Below are positions 40,501-53,563 of a stretch of 64,000 nt of DNA, one piece after another. The translations under genes and the position numbers were made by a program. Within the stretch, counting starts at the first letter, position 1. Each line of letters begins with the position of its first letter. The notes under the pieces were generated by a model. The model searched no databases. It worked only from the letters and a program-made list of their open reading frames with translations, and was not told where the DNA came from. Source of the stretch: Chrysomallon squamiferum (Eukaryota; Animalia; Mollusca); NCBI GenBank assembly GCA_012295275.1, contig CM022665.1:47802001-47866000 (forward strand), given 5' to 3'.

Positions 40501-41599
40501 TACTTTTATGTTAATAATGTATATACTTTTTCATTATTTTTTCTATTTCACTTCACAAATTATCAGATATATCAGAATATAACAGAATTAAGGTTTTAAT
40601 GTGCATTTTTCATTATTTAGTTTTATTTCACATATATCAGAAGTGACAGAAATAATTTGAAACTTTTATTTTGAAAATGAATACCAAACATTTATAATTT
40701 AACCTTTTTCTTCTTCATCATCACCATCATCTTCTTTTGCTTATTGTTACTGTTAGTATTACATCTGATATTTATTATATATATCTTTTTCAGGTCAATG
40801 AAAGAAACATAGAGCGAGTGACACATAATAAAGCTATAGAATTATTTAAGTCATCAGGAAATGTGGTGCATCTCAAAGTGCAGTGTGGAGCAGAAGCAGC
40901 CATACTTGTGAGATTTTTATTTTTTTATTTTACATTTTTAAAAATGTTTTCTTTTTCCTTTGAATAAAATTGAAACTGGTATCATTAAATATCACGAAGA
41001 AGTGAAAATATCCAGTGTCTAGTGAGAAGTTTAATTAGTAATGAATTTAAAAAAAAAAAAATTATAGGCATTACTTCATTATTTTGTGTTTGTTTAAATG
41101 ATGTGTTTCAGTTAAATGAATATTTAATATTCCAAAAATGTTATTAATTTTAAAGTTAAATTGCCAGCATTGTTTTTCTATTTCTTTTCATAATAATAAA
41201 GAAAATAAAAAAAAGTTTAAAGTAATGGGTAGGAAACTGAATACTGGGAGATCAATTCCTCATGAATAAGTAGCAGTCAGTAGTTGTTTTTGTTGTTGTT
41301 TAAGTTTGTTATTTGCTGTTGTTGTGTTTTTTGTATAGTTGAGGGAACAAGATGGTGGAGGGTTATAATAAGGGGAGGTGGATAGTCAGGGAGGGTGAAG
41401 GAAAAAAAAAAAGTAATCAGACATGTCTGGATTCGTTTTAATTATTTGTTTTGTTTATTTATTATTTTATTTACAGGATGAAATGGAAGGTAGAAAACGC
41501 TCAGGCAGGAAAAAGTCTAAATTTCATTTTTTCTGGTTCGTTCTTGGCTTTGTAACTACAACTGGACTAGTATACTTGGTGTACCAGTACATGAAATAA
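37585..41599 (+). CDS. SYNJ2BP: SYNJ2BP paralog, copy 3 (141 aa)
   Basis: Exons 37585-37636, 40116-40252, 40794-40907 and 41477-41599 give an intact frame. Key segments [15 protein letters not shown]; 8-aa shorter C-terminal exon; tail YQYMK. Confidence 0.85.
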
Positions 41600-42889
41600 A
41601 AGTAGACTTTGTTATTTTATGCCTGCCATTTCAAGTATTTAGTCAGGATTGCATAATTACCAGTAATCAAAATAGACACGTACGAACAAAGTCTTGTTTC
41701 TGCCTTTGTAGTAGAGAAACGTGATTTTTTTTTATTTCTCTAACTTTATTAAAGCTGTGTTCATTATCATTTAAATGTATTTCTTAATTTGTACATAATA
41801 ATATTTAAACTAATTTTCTTTTAATTTTTAATTTTAATGGTTTAATGTTGAATTAATAATATATGCAGATAATGTTCACACATATATGCAAATCACAATA
41901 TTAAAAAACTGAAAAACGACGGCACTACTAGTGGTAAATTTTTGATACAGAAGGGCAGCAATCATCGAGTCTTCGATGACTAAATATGAGGAGTTACTTC
42001 CCTTGATGTAGATATATTAAAAAAAAAAAATATTGTATTGTGTATTATTGATTTTAAATGTGGCCAAAACGTATTTCATTTGTTTCTCATTTTGTTTTAT
42101 TTTGTAATTTATTTCCCAGTGTTTAATTTGTTATTTTGTTATTTTGAAAATTAATGGGTCAACTAAGTTGCTATTTTTTTTTTGTAATAATATTTAAAAT
42201 TGAAACTTTTTAATTTTTAATGTTTTAATAGTTTTTATTTGAATTAATAATATATATATGCAGTTAATGTACATTCATATGCAAATCACAATTTTTGAAA
42301 AACAATGGCTAAGTGGTAATTTTTGCCCTAAATATCTTGTAGATTTAAAATTACTAAATATGAGGAAAATGAAGACATATTAAAAAAAACAAATATTGTA
42401 TTGTGTATTATTGATTTTAAATGTGGCTGAAACGTATTTTATTTGGTTTCTCATTTTCTTTTATTCTGTCATTTATTTCCCAATGTTTAATTTGTTATTT
42501 TGAAAATTAATGTTTGTTATTTTGTTTTTTCTTATAAAGAAACTGATTCTTATTTGTCAACAGAATTGCTCAAATTTGTCCCTGGATTCAGTTTTAAAGC
42601 ATAATGTGTAAATTTGTGTGAATGCTGCCTGGTTTTTTGTTTTTGTATTTCGTCATTTGATCACTCTGTCCGTTAGAACTGTGAGATATAACAACCGAGG
42701 ACTGTGAATAAACTATATCAACAATTTACTTTCGTTTTCTTCTTATTTATTTACTTATTTTTATTATTTGGTTTTGATGTTGTTATTTATTTATTTAATA
42801 TTTTTATTTTATTTTATTTTATTTATTTTATTGATTGATTGATTGATTTACCGATTTATTTATTTATTTATTTAAGATATTCTTGGAGG

Positions 42890-44665
42890 AAAAAATAGAA
42901 GAAGAAAAGTTAATGTGTGAATAAAAATTATTTTAAACAGGAAACCAGATAAGCCTTGGGCTGTAACCTCGTATTAAAATTTATATATAAATAAACTGAG
43001 TTACCACAGAGGCAAACTAGCTGCCTTAGGCAGTGATTTCAGAGAGTGGATTTCTCCGAATTGACAAGTTAGACAGACTCCCTGAAGCCACTAAGATATC
43101 TGAGTCATATATATGATGCTCTGGTGCATGTTTGATGATACAAGCTTAATCTGGCACTAATGAATGAGGTCCTTGCTGCAATCAGCAAGTTCCTATTTGT
43201 AGTAACACTTGTAATACAGCATCATGTTTGAAGTCAACCTTACAAGTAAGACACTACAAAGCCACAAGGCTGGTTTAAATGCAGCTACAAGACAGATGAG
43301 GGCAACAAAGACATATCTTGTATAATGCAGGTCTGAAGAGGGATTTCAAAAGGGTTTGGTAGATGCAACTGAAATAGCAAATGAACTAGTACCAGACTTT
43401 GAAGCAGATCAAATTAGAGACGAGGAGAAAGAAACAGCAATTTGAATATGAGGCCAAAGAAAAGGTACCACAACAGAAATTTTAAGTAAAGTTTTTACCA
43501 TGTAGTTTCAGACATGGCCATACATACAATCTATTCCTACAGCTTCAATATTATAATTCACCCTCTGGCATCTTGTGTAATATATACAATGTGAAGGATA
43601 AATCTACTGATGATATACTTAAGGGCTGCAAGAATTTGGAAAAATCATTGCTGCATAAAGGAAGATAGGTACTGATGCCTAGGTGTGAACTTCCAGCCAT
43701 AGCTCAAAGGCTACCAAAGTCTATAGAACAGTGCTGCCCAATGTCTGGCCCACGAAGAATCCAGCCTGCTGGTCTGTCTTCAGTTTATTCCTTAATTATT
43801 CAATAAAATTGTTTTATTATTGAAATACAAAGCCATTTATTTGAACAAATGTTTTCTTAATCTTGATCAATTGTTAAATCTCTTTTATAGAATGTAAGGT
43901 TCTAAATCAAGATTTTTAATGGTCATTTCGTATTCATGTAATATCTGGAGACTATAATTTTTTGATAGCAGTGAAGAAGTAATAGAAATAGTATCATATG
44001 CAGGACCCCTATGTTTAAAGTGAGTTATGAATTATAATTGTATAATGGATAATTTCTATAAACAGAATAATAGAATCAATGTTTTCAGTTCTGAATACTT
44101 TTTCAAACCATTTCAAGTAGTTGTATTAAAAAATGAAAGGCTAGAAATGTGAATCCGGCCCACGGGCATCGTTTTTTCTTAAATCCAGCCCATGTTCGGA
44201 AAAGGTTGGGCAGCACTGCTATAGAAGTACTTCTTTTCACACTCCAACAAAAAGTTTTGGATAATTTCCCTGATGTTTCTATTGCACTGAGTATCCTTCT
44301 CAGACTTCCACTATCAGTGGCAAGTGGTGAGTAGTTTCCCAAAGATTTTAAAATCTTATGTTCACTGTACAATGATGCAAGACAGACTAGCTGGTTGCAT
44401 TTGTCCCTTAGCCAAATTTGGTTTCAGGTTTGAGTGTCTTCAACTGTCATGTTGTTAGTTCATCACTAGTGTCTGTGTTTATTTTTTGTTTATTCTTGTG
44501 TTAGTTTTGCAAATAAAACAGTATCAAGTAGTGTTGTTTTTTTTTGTTTGTTTTTTTAAATCACCATTGGTCTGTGCTAAAATTTTGTTTAAGTTTATTG
44601 TTTATAAATTATGAATTTGACATTTTCCTGGGGGCATCAGAATCTAAGCTTGCCTAGGGTGGCCA
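42890..44665 (+). mobile_element. Decayed hAT (ZMYM1/Tip100-like) transposon remnant
   Basis: Frameshifted peptides LKPLRYL..IYDAL, FEVNLTSKTLQS, RSEEGFQKGLVDATEIANEL, RRKKQQFEYEAKE and FPDVSIALSILLRLPLSVASGE (hAT dimerisation motif). Subterminal GCTTGCCTAGGGTGGCCA at about 44650. Confidence 0.88.
43729..44218. mobile_element. 490-bp hAT (Charlie-type) MITE nested in the hAT transposase remnant
   Basis: Perfect 13-bp TIR CAGTGCTGCCCAA / TTGGGCAGCACTG and perfect 8-bp target-site duplication CTATAGAA (43721-43728, 44219-44226). Confidence 0.95.
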
Positions 44666-45129
44666 CACACACACACATATACATATATATACTCACACCA
44701 CCATACACACATACATATTTATATACATACATTTTTTCACAACAGACAAGATCTTTACATTTGGTGAACTCATAGTCAGACGTTAATCAGAACGGGAAAT
44801 AAGGGATACGGGTTTCTGCAAGTCTCAGAACCTCGCTACAATGACTGGCTTGTAACGTGAGCTGAATGAAAATAGCCGTAGCTGTGTATATACGGTATTA
44901 GTGTAGAAGTGTTCTGTATTGCAAAATGCAGTCGCCCGAACGCGCGCTCATCTAATGCGTCAATGTAAATGAGTAAATGTGCCTACGTAGATGGATAAGT
45001 TCCATCGGAAAGAAAAACAGACCCCCCCCCTGGCTTTGACAGAGAGGAGACCAGCTTCACAACAGCTTGCTCTGATTATCACGTTATTTTTTTTCTTCAT
45101 TAAAATCACTCGTAAGATCGTCGTCATTT

Positions 45130-45374
45130 TCAGTCGGAATAATTTCGGAATTATTTCCCCTTTACACTTTTAGTAATGTATTCACCGTGCACACGGCACA
45201 AGGGTTATGACGCAGTAAGAAAACTTTTAGAAAACAAGGATTTTCCCCAAAACCGTCAGCTGTTCAGCCTACTCACAAAACTGAATAGGAAACTAAAAGT
45301 TGAAATTATCTGCGCATACATTTAGAATAAATTGTTTTATTTATAGTTTTATTTTATTTAATCAGTTTTTAAAT

Positions 45375-45419
<45 letters not shown>

Positions 45420-45473
45420 TAAAAAAATAAACTGAAAAAAGAGTAAAAATAAATAAATACCAAATAAATAAAA

Positions 45474-45520
<47 letters not shown>

Positions 45521-46200
45521 TCTACGTAGGCACATTTACAAATTTAATTAATTAATTTATTAATATTTATTTTATATATTTTTTAAAGAAATAAATATTA
45601 TAGTGCAGTATATTCTGTTTTCAGGTGTTTCTTTATTCATTATTCATTTATTTATTTATTATTTTATTTATTTAATTATTAATTATTATTATTATTGCTC
45701 AAATAATAATTAAATAAAAAATGGTCTGACGCATACACAGAAGCTTAAATAGACCTACGCAAACTGACATAAACGGAATACGACATACAGTGTTTATTAA
45801 TTAATTAATTTATTTATTTTTTATGTATTAAAAACAATTCTGTTGTTGTTATTATTATTATCATCTTCATCATCATCATCATCATTAAAAGTTTGACGTA
45901 ATATATAAATTAAAAACTTAAAGACACTTTTACCATATTATGATCAACATTTCGGTAAAATTTCCAGCCATTAGATACCAGCTTCGTTTTGTGTCATGTA
46001 CAAATGAAGAAAACGATTATGGTGGGAAAAAAAAAAAAAAAAAAAAATTCGGTGATTCCCCTTTTATTGCTCTATTCAAATGATTGGTACATTCAGTCAC
46101 GTGATAGTCTTATCGAGGCGTTAAACTGAGGAAGGTATTCTTTTTCGCCTTTGTCAAACGATAACCAGGGTTTTCCGAAATTTGGGTACAAATTTTCTGT
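45130..46200 (+). promoter_or_regulatory. IkappaB promoter with kappaB/Rel-type sites, CCAAT box and E-box
   Basis: GGAATTATTTCCCC (45147), GGATTTTCCCC (45238), GGTGATTCCCC (46051), GGGTTTTCC (46168), ATTGG (46083) and GTCACGTGA (46096). Consistent with the known NF-kB to IkappaB feedback loop. Confidence 0.65.
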
Positions 46201-46262
46201 TACGAAGTTAACTTCTCAGTATTCGAAAGGCAGTGAGGTTAACCGTCAGTGAATTGGCTATA

Positions 46263-48257
46263 ATGAGTTCTTTAACTGGAGATCAAAATGACATTGAATG
46301 CGACGGGGAGTGTCCTAGCGTTGATTCTAGAATACGACAGGCACAGTCACATTCGTCATGGCTTCCTAAAACCCGTAAAGACCAGCTGCAGGAGAGAAAC
46401 GACTCCGGATTCCAGTCTCAGGATTTCGAGTTATCTCTTAAATCCTCACAACAAAATAGCCATCGCTGTGTGACAGAATCAACGGACATTACTGAGAGGT
46501 TAAGTAATTTAACCGTTATCGAGAACTCACAGACAAAACATTCTATTGACGAAGGGATTTGTACATCTGAAAACTCCATCGGCCCAGCTGTTTCACACAA
46601 AGAAAACTTGACAAAAACAAGTGAAATAATTACATACGATGATATTTTAAGAAGTTTGCCCCACAATGAAATTCGTGAAATATACCAGCAAGATGAGGAT
46701 GGTGACACGTAAGTATTTTAAAATATGTCTGCATATTAAACTTAACATTTAAATGCATTAATTCATTATCGTTATTACCATTGCAAAATTATATTATTAT
46801 AAGTAAGTACCATTAAATAATTTTTAAAAAAAAAAAAAAAAAAAAAGAACACACACACACCTCAGGAAAAATCTAGAAACTATTATAATAATAAATCTAA
46901 AATGACAACACTAGATGCAGTACGTCAAAATTTATTTAGTAATTTGAAAAAAAAATAGCAAAAAAAATGTAATTGCTGTTGGTATACATTTGTAAAATGT
47001 TGTGAAACTGCGCGATAAAGACATATCTGCGCCATTTTGGTGGGGCCCGGATTCTGCTCCACGTAGCTGAATGTTAGCAAGCAGACGTGACCAACCAATC
47101 AACGATGTTTTTGACAGGCAGTTACGTGTGCGCAGATTTAGTAACTGCGTACTTTCCACCGACCTCTCACATGCGCATAATCTATTGATCGTGGAAAAAC
47201 CAGAGTCATTATCAATTTACAGTAAATGTGTCAATAACCTTTGCAGTATTAATAACAAGTTAAAAAGAAAAAAGAAAAAAAAGAAGAAGAAAGAAATAAG
47301 TTGTATGCTGCAAGTTCTATACAAAATTATTAACACACACACAAAAAAACAACAAAAAAAACCCCCATATACTTGTATATACATACATACATACATATAT
47401 ATATATAATTATAACTGCATTTGTATGAGAAAAAGAGGGACTTGATATAAATTACTTTTCATTACAAACATTTGAAAATAACAGTGCTATAAAATATTTG
47501 AAAAAAAATAACTAAAATGTTTTTTTTTTTTTTTTTTTTGCAGTCAGTTGCACATGGCAATCATCCATGTCATCGAGCCCGTTGCGCTGTACTTCATCAA
47601 CAAGGCTCCGTCACGGGACTGGCTCAACATCCCCAACAACCTCTGCCAGATGCCACTTCACCTGGCCGTCCTCACCAGACAGGAGAAAATCGTCCGTCGC
47701 CTGATGGCAGCAGGTGCGTCTGTTGACGTGCGTGATCTCCAGGGCAACACGCCCCTGCACATCGCATGCCGGGAGGGGCTTGAGAACATTGTGAAGTGCC
47801 TGCTGAAGCCCGTCTTCTACCAGGAGACGCTGGAGAACCAGTACGACATTCCGTATCAGAGAATCCCACAGGATCTGGAGTTCAAGAATTACGAAGGTGA
47901 GCTCAGGTTTAAATTAGCTAAAAAAGAACAGCAATAACAGCAGTAGTGATAGGTGTAATTTAAATAAAAAAGCAATAGTAACAGTAGTTTTAGACAAGAG
48001 TAACAATTACAGATGTGTGTGTGTGTGTCTGTTTGTTTGTTTGTTTGCACAACTGTGTGTTTTAAATGTGTGCTGCTTTGTTTTCTTCCAGGTCACACCT
48101 GTCTGCATCTCGCTGCTCAGGGTTCGCACATAGAAGTGATGAAACTTCTGCTAGGAAAAGGAGCAAAAATTAACACACAGGTAAGTTTTGTGAAACACTA
48201 CAACAACTGCAGGGATAATGATAATAACTGTAGTGATATAATAATAAAAATAATGAT

Positions 48258-48288
<31 letters not shown>

Positions 48289-48444
48289 TAATGATATAAT
48301 AATAATAGCAATAATGATATAATAATAATAATAATAACAATAATGATATAATAATAACAACAATGATATAATAATAATTATTATTTATCGAATTTTTCAT
48401 TGATATATTTTGTTTTGGTTTATATTTTATTTTACTTTATTTTA

Positions 48445-48479
<35 letters not shown>

Positions 48480-49444
48480 TTTTTTTTTTTTGTGGGTTTT
48501 GTATCTAACAAAATAAAACATTATTTTAATTTCAGGATGGCAAAAGCGGACGCACGATCCTGCACTATGCCGCTGAAACTGGAAACCGAATTTTACTGGA
48601 CTTCGTACTGAAGCAGCGCAAGAGAAACATAAACTGTGTGACGTATGGAGGCCTCACACCCATCGACCTGGCTGCCGGCCGCAAGTTTGGTGACGTTGTA
48701 GCAATACTGAAAGACGAAGGCGCCGACTGTTCCAGTCTGCTGTGCAGAGATGATGACTCTGACGATGATGACGATGTTAGTTTGTTTTACGCACTCTCCT
48801 TGTACATTCAGTTTACACTCGGATGCATGTTGAATAAGTACATTATTGCACGTATTTCTAATAAAATGTTTAAATTACTTTACGGTGTTGGAATTTTGCA
48901 AACCAATAATATCCTCGCACAGATATAAATTTATATAATAAGAGTCCATTTTTTGGCAAATCAGTTTATATTTATTTATTTTTATATTTATTTATTTACC
49001 TGTATTTTACATTATTTGTTATTTACATTATTTATTTAATTTGTTATTTTCCTGTTTACTTATTTATGTACTTTTATACTTATTTTATTTATATTTATAT
49101 TTTTATTCATATTTATATTTATATGCACATATCTATCCATATATCTATCTCTCTGTCTATATATATAGATACAGATATGTATATGTATATGTACAGATAT
49201 ATATATATATATATATATGTATATGTGTTTATATGTACAGATATATAAATCTATAAATATGTGTGTGTGTGTATATATATATATGTATGTATATACACAT
49301 GTATATATATATATATATATGCATGTATGTATGTATGTATATAGTTGTGTAGTATGTAGTATGTATGTATGTGTGTATATGTGTATGTATATATATATAT
49401 ATGTATACATGCATACATATGTGTGTGTATATGTATATATATAT

Positions 49445-49478
<34 letters not shown>

Positions 49479-49757
49479 ATTTTTTTTTTTATTTATATAT
49501 TTATATATTTACATATATATTTATTCATATTTTTATTTATATGCATATTTATCAGTATAATATTTATATTTATTTTTATATTTATATTTACGTTTATTTT
49601 TATATTGATATTTATATTTATTTTTATATTTATTTTTATATTGATATTTATATGCATATTTATATTTGTTTTTATATTTAATTTCTGTTTATCTTAGAGT
49701 GAGATGTACGATGACTTTTGCATAAACGGTGAGCCTGTGATGATGACGACAACATGA
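46263..49757 (+). CDS. NFKBIA: NF-kappa-B inhibitor (IkappaB-alpha/cactus-like), 395 aa
   Basis: Exons 46263-46708, 47544-47896, 48092-48180, 48536-48775 and 49698-49757, GT-AG and in phase. DSGFQS degron with upstream Lys. Six ankyrin repeats (GDTQLH, QMPLH, GNTPLH, GHTCLH, GRTILH, GLTPID). Acidic PEST tail and [10 protein letters not shown] terminus. Confidence 0.96.
48960..49680. repeat. AT/ATGT compound microsatellite in IkappaB intron 4
   Basis: Low-complexity sequence. Confidence 0.85.
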
Positions 49758-51224
49758 ACGATGTCACCCAAGCTGCTACCCAGTGAGGCTGACTGATCTC
49801 AGGGAAAGATAGAGCTGTTTTCGTAGAAAGAAAAACACGACGCAGTGATTACACGCAGACGTGCACGCCGCAGTGACAACACCCTGCTTTGTGATGCAAC
49901 ATCTCGAGGAGACTAAATCCAGGCGTGCCGTTTGGTGACTGGATCAGGTCTCACTCCGGGAACAGAGACAGTTTGTAGAGACGCTGAGCGAGACAAGAGA
50001 GGTGAAACTATTTCATGTCAGTCGGTTGATTCAGTAAATTAAAAATTTACAAAACATTTTTTTAAAAATTTGAAATAAAAAGAAGTGTTCACTAGATGAA
50101 GTGGGGAAAATGTTTGGTGCGTTGCCCACTTCAAGTAGTGAAAAAATACTTCGCAGTTAATAAAACAAATGGCCTGTTGAGTTCACATGTAGCGTTTTTT
50201 TGCTAGCTGGTCATTAAATTATTTGTTGTGTACGTGATGTAGACTGTGTGATGTTAATCAAGAAGCTAACACACGAATATGTTGTAAGCATATTTCCACC
50301 TAACACCATTATTTCGAGATATTCAGAAGTTCATTATAAATCAGTGTAGATAAGATTTCATTTCTTGTTTTTTAGAAAGCAGAAAGACTGTAGCCTTTTA
50401 TGTTTTGTAACTATTTTGATAATTAGTTGATATATATGTATATATCTATATTATATCATCAGTGATTTTTGTATTTATTTAATTCTGGAAACATTTTAGA
50501 AGTGTGCTTGAAAGTTTCATTGGAAATATTAAAACAACAGTATAGTTTTGCTTTATTTATTATAATTTAAAATATTTTTTGCAGTAAATGTTAACTAGGT
50601 GAGATGATGGTTTATGCAAGTGTGTGGTGGACATTTGTAAAACACTATGTAAAAAGCCAGTGTCAGATTTTTGTAATTTCTATACTAGATTTCCAGAAAT
50701 TATCTCTATTATTACTCATTTGATCTGTAATTTGATTAACTGATAACAACAACAACAGCAGCAGCAGCAACAATAATAATAACAGAATAATAAGAACAAG
50801 CTAAAAAATGATAAATACAATAATATTAAAAATAATAACAATAATAAATGTAATAATAAATACAATAATATTAAAAATAATAATAATTAAAAATAATAAC
50901 AATAATAAATGTAATAATAAATAAATAATTGTAAACCAATAAATATAATACTAACGAATACAGTAACAATAAAATAATGAAAGTAATAAATAACTAAATA
51001 AAAGAATAGAATAGCACAGCAAATAAAGGGATAAACAGAACTTGTATTTCTGGTTGACATTGCAATTCAAAATGGCTATAGTGTGAATACTCTGAAAGGA
51101 CCATAAACAACAGAAAACTGCTTCTGTTGTTTGTACATAATGTACTCTCCTTTAGATGTAGTGTACTAATTCTATAAATAAAAATAAAATAAACAAATAT
51201 TACTAAATTCATTTATTTTGTTGT

Positions 51225-51255
<31 letters not shown>

Positions 51256-51391
51256 CTGATTTTTATTTATTCCACATACATGTATGAGTGTGTTTGTGTG
51301 TATTATATATGTGTGTGTTATTGTTTGCTTGTTATTAATGTTTTTTTTTAAATTTTTATCCTTGTATTTAGTATAATTAATTAGTAACAGG

Positions 51392-51660
<269 letters not shown>

Positions 51661-52119
51661 AAAAGTAAAATACAACAACAACAACAACAACAAAAAAGAA
51701 TTAAAAGTACCTATGACCGAAAAACTAAAGGAACAATTAAAAGGGTGAAATGGAACAAAACATTTAATAATAATAATAATAAGAAAGAAATAATGAAGTA
51801 CAGAAGAATAAATAAAAACTCTATTCCAAATCTGAGTAAAAAGTAACTGACAAGAATTTATGTCGCTATTTAATTTTATCTTTTCGGAGGTTACTCAAAG
51901 AATCACGTAAGAGCGAGACTTGCGGTTATTTAGGTTGTTTTTAGGTTGCTACCAGTTCATGAACGCTGTTACCTAACCATTATGTCCTTTCCAATGTGTA
52001 CAAAATACCTTGTTGCTGATGTGGAAAGGATGCATTCTCAATCTATGTCTGGTCTTTAGTCACGTGTGTGACGTCAGGTTTATATATACATCAAGAAATA
52101 TTTTCCTTTATTTCTCGTT

Positions 52120-52176
<57 letters not shown>

Positions 52177-52311
52177 TAATTAATAAATAATCAATTAAAT
52201 ATTTTGCAGAATTTTAAAGTTTTCTTCACATATTGTATTTTAAAGTTTCCAGTCGCACATGTAGTTCTTAAGGGATTAATTCCGGTAAATTTAGAAAACT
52301 GTAATATGTGT

Positions 52312-52546
52312 CATGGCCGTAACTACATTGAGGCAAATTGACGATTTTAACTTTTAACTTTAAAATTTTTAAATTTCTTAAAATATATATTTTATTTAAA
52401 AAATATAAATTTCTGTTCCGATACAAACGATATCCACTGAATGAAAATTGGTTTTGTCTACGGTTACAGTCTGAAGTCTACCGACACCGTTGACTCCAAA
52501 GACATCCGTTTTGCCTCATTTCAAAACGAGTCCAGTTACAGCTGCG
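52312..52546. mobile_element. Degenerate hAT-type MITE
   Basis: CATGGCCGTAACT...TGAGGCAA versus TTGCCTCA...AGTTACAGCTGCG inverted ends. No target-site duplication. Confidence 0.5.
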
Positions 52547-53227
52547 CGTATCACCTGTAACGCTTAAAGGGTTAATAAAATGTTAAAATGCACGCAGTAA
52601 CGAGAAATGTTTGATATTCAGTATTTGGAACACAGGACGAAAAGTAAACGGAACTATTTTGTGGCCAGAGGAAATAGTCAGATTCGGATGATTAATAAGG
52701 AAATTATTAAAGGGAAAAGGTTAGAAATGAATGAATAATGTAAAATAACGCCGTCCTTTCACTTTCTGCTGAACTCGTTTACGATTTCAAAATGGCTTTA
52801 TCATCGACTGCAGCTGAGATTGTTCCCATCGATTTGTTCGTCTAGAATTTTCCATTTGCCGATTTCAAACACGAAATATATGCGTGCACTCAAGCACATT
52901 AAATATGTATAATGTATTTTTTTTATAACCACATATACAGTACGCCCAAACCTTTAGAAAAGTTTTTTTTATCTACGAATAAAAGAGTATTTCATTACGC
53001 GATAATTTTCGTAGCGTGCCTATTCTCGTGTGACTGTTGATGAAAGGTTATTTTGTTGCCGTCACTAAGTAAATATTTTGAACAGAAAACATTCCCCAGT
53101 GTCTGGGAGATACCAGACAATTTGTTTTTCTAATATAAATTAAATAGTATTAGAATGTACAGTCTTGCATCAATCATATTATTATCTTTATTTATTTATT
53201 TATTTATTTTTGTGGTTCTTGTTGTTG

Positions 53228-53265
<38 letters not shown>

Positions 53266-53466
53266 TTTTTAAATTACTACAACTACTACTATTACTACTA
53301 CTACTACTGCTACTATTTCTACAACTACGACTACTACTTCTACTACTACTATTAATTAGCTACTTTATTTATTTATTATTATATTAATGTTATTATTATT
53401 ATTTTTTTTTAGAATTACTACTACCGTTACTACTACTTCTGCTGCTGCTGCTACTACTACTATTAT

Positions 53467-53510
<44 letters not shown>

Positions 53511-53516
53511 TTATTA

Positions 53517-53563
<47 letters not shown>

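Larger units (their letters stand above)
27965..42750. repeat. Tandem segmental duplication with units of about 6.6-7 kb carrying SYNJ2BP copies 2 and 3
   Basis: About 27965-34570 aligns with about 34750-41600, including intergenic and intron DNA. A further copy of the 27965-28620 block lies at 41760-42750. Confidence 0.9.

Noticed and set aside
27965-42750. SYNJ2BP copies as a pure assembly artefact
   Set aside because: The copies differ by many substitutions, indels and structural events, more than expected from sequencing error. Allelic haplotigs for copies 2 and 3 cannot be fully excluded without read depth.
46233-46262. GTG-initiated N-terminal extension of IkappaB in the ORF track
   Set aside because: Eukaryotic gene; the first ATG at 46263 is the likely start.
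49041-49697. Tyr/Ile/Met-rich ORFs (also at 13681-14290, 54481-55170, 55828-56335 and 11157-11774)
   Set aside because: Translations of microsatellites.
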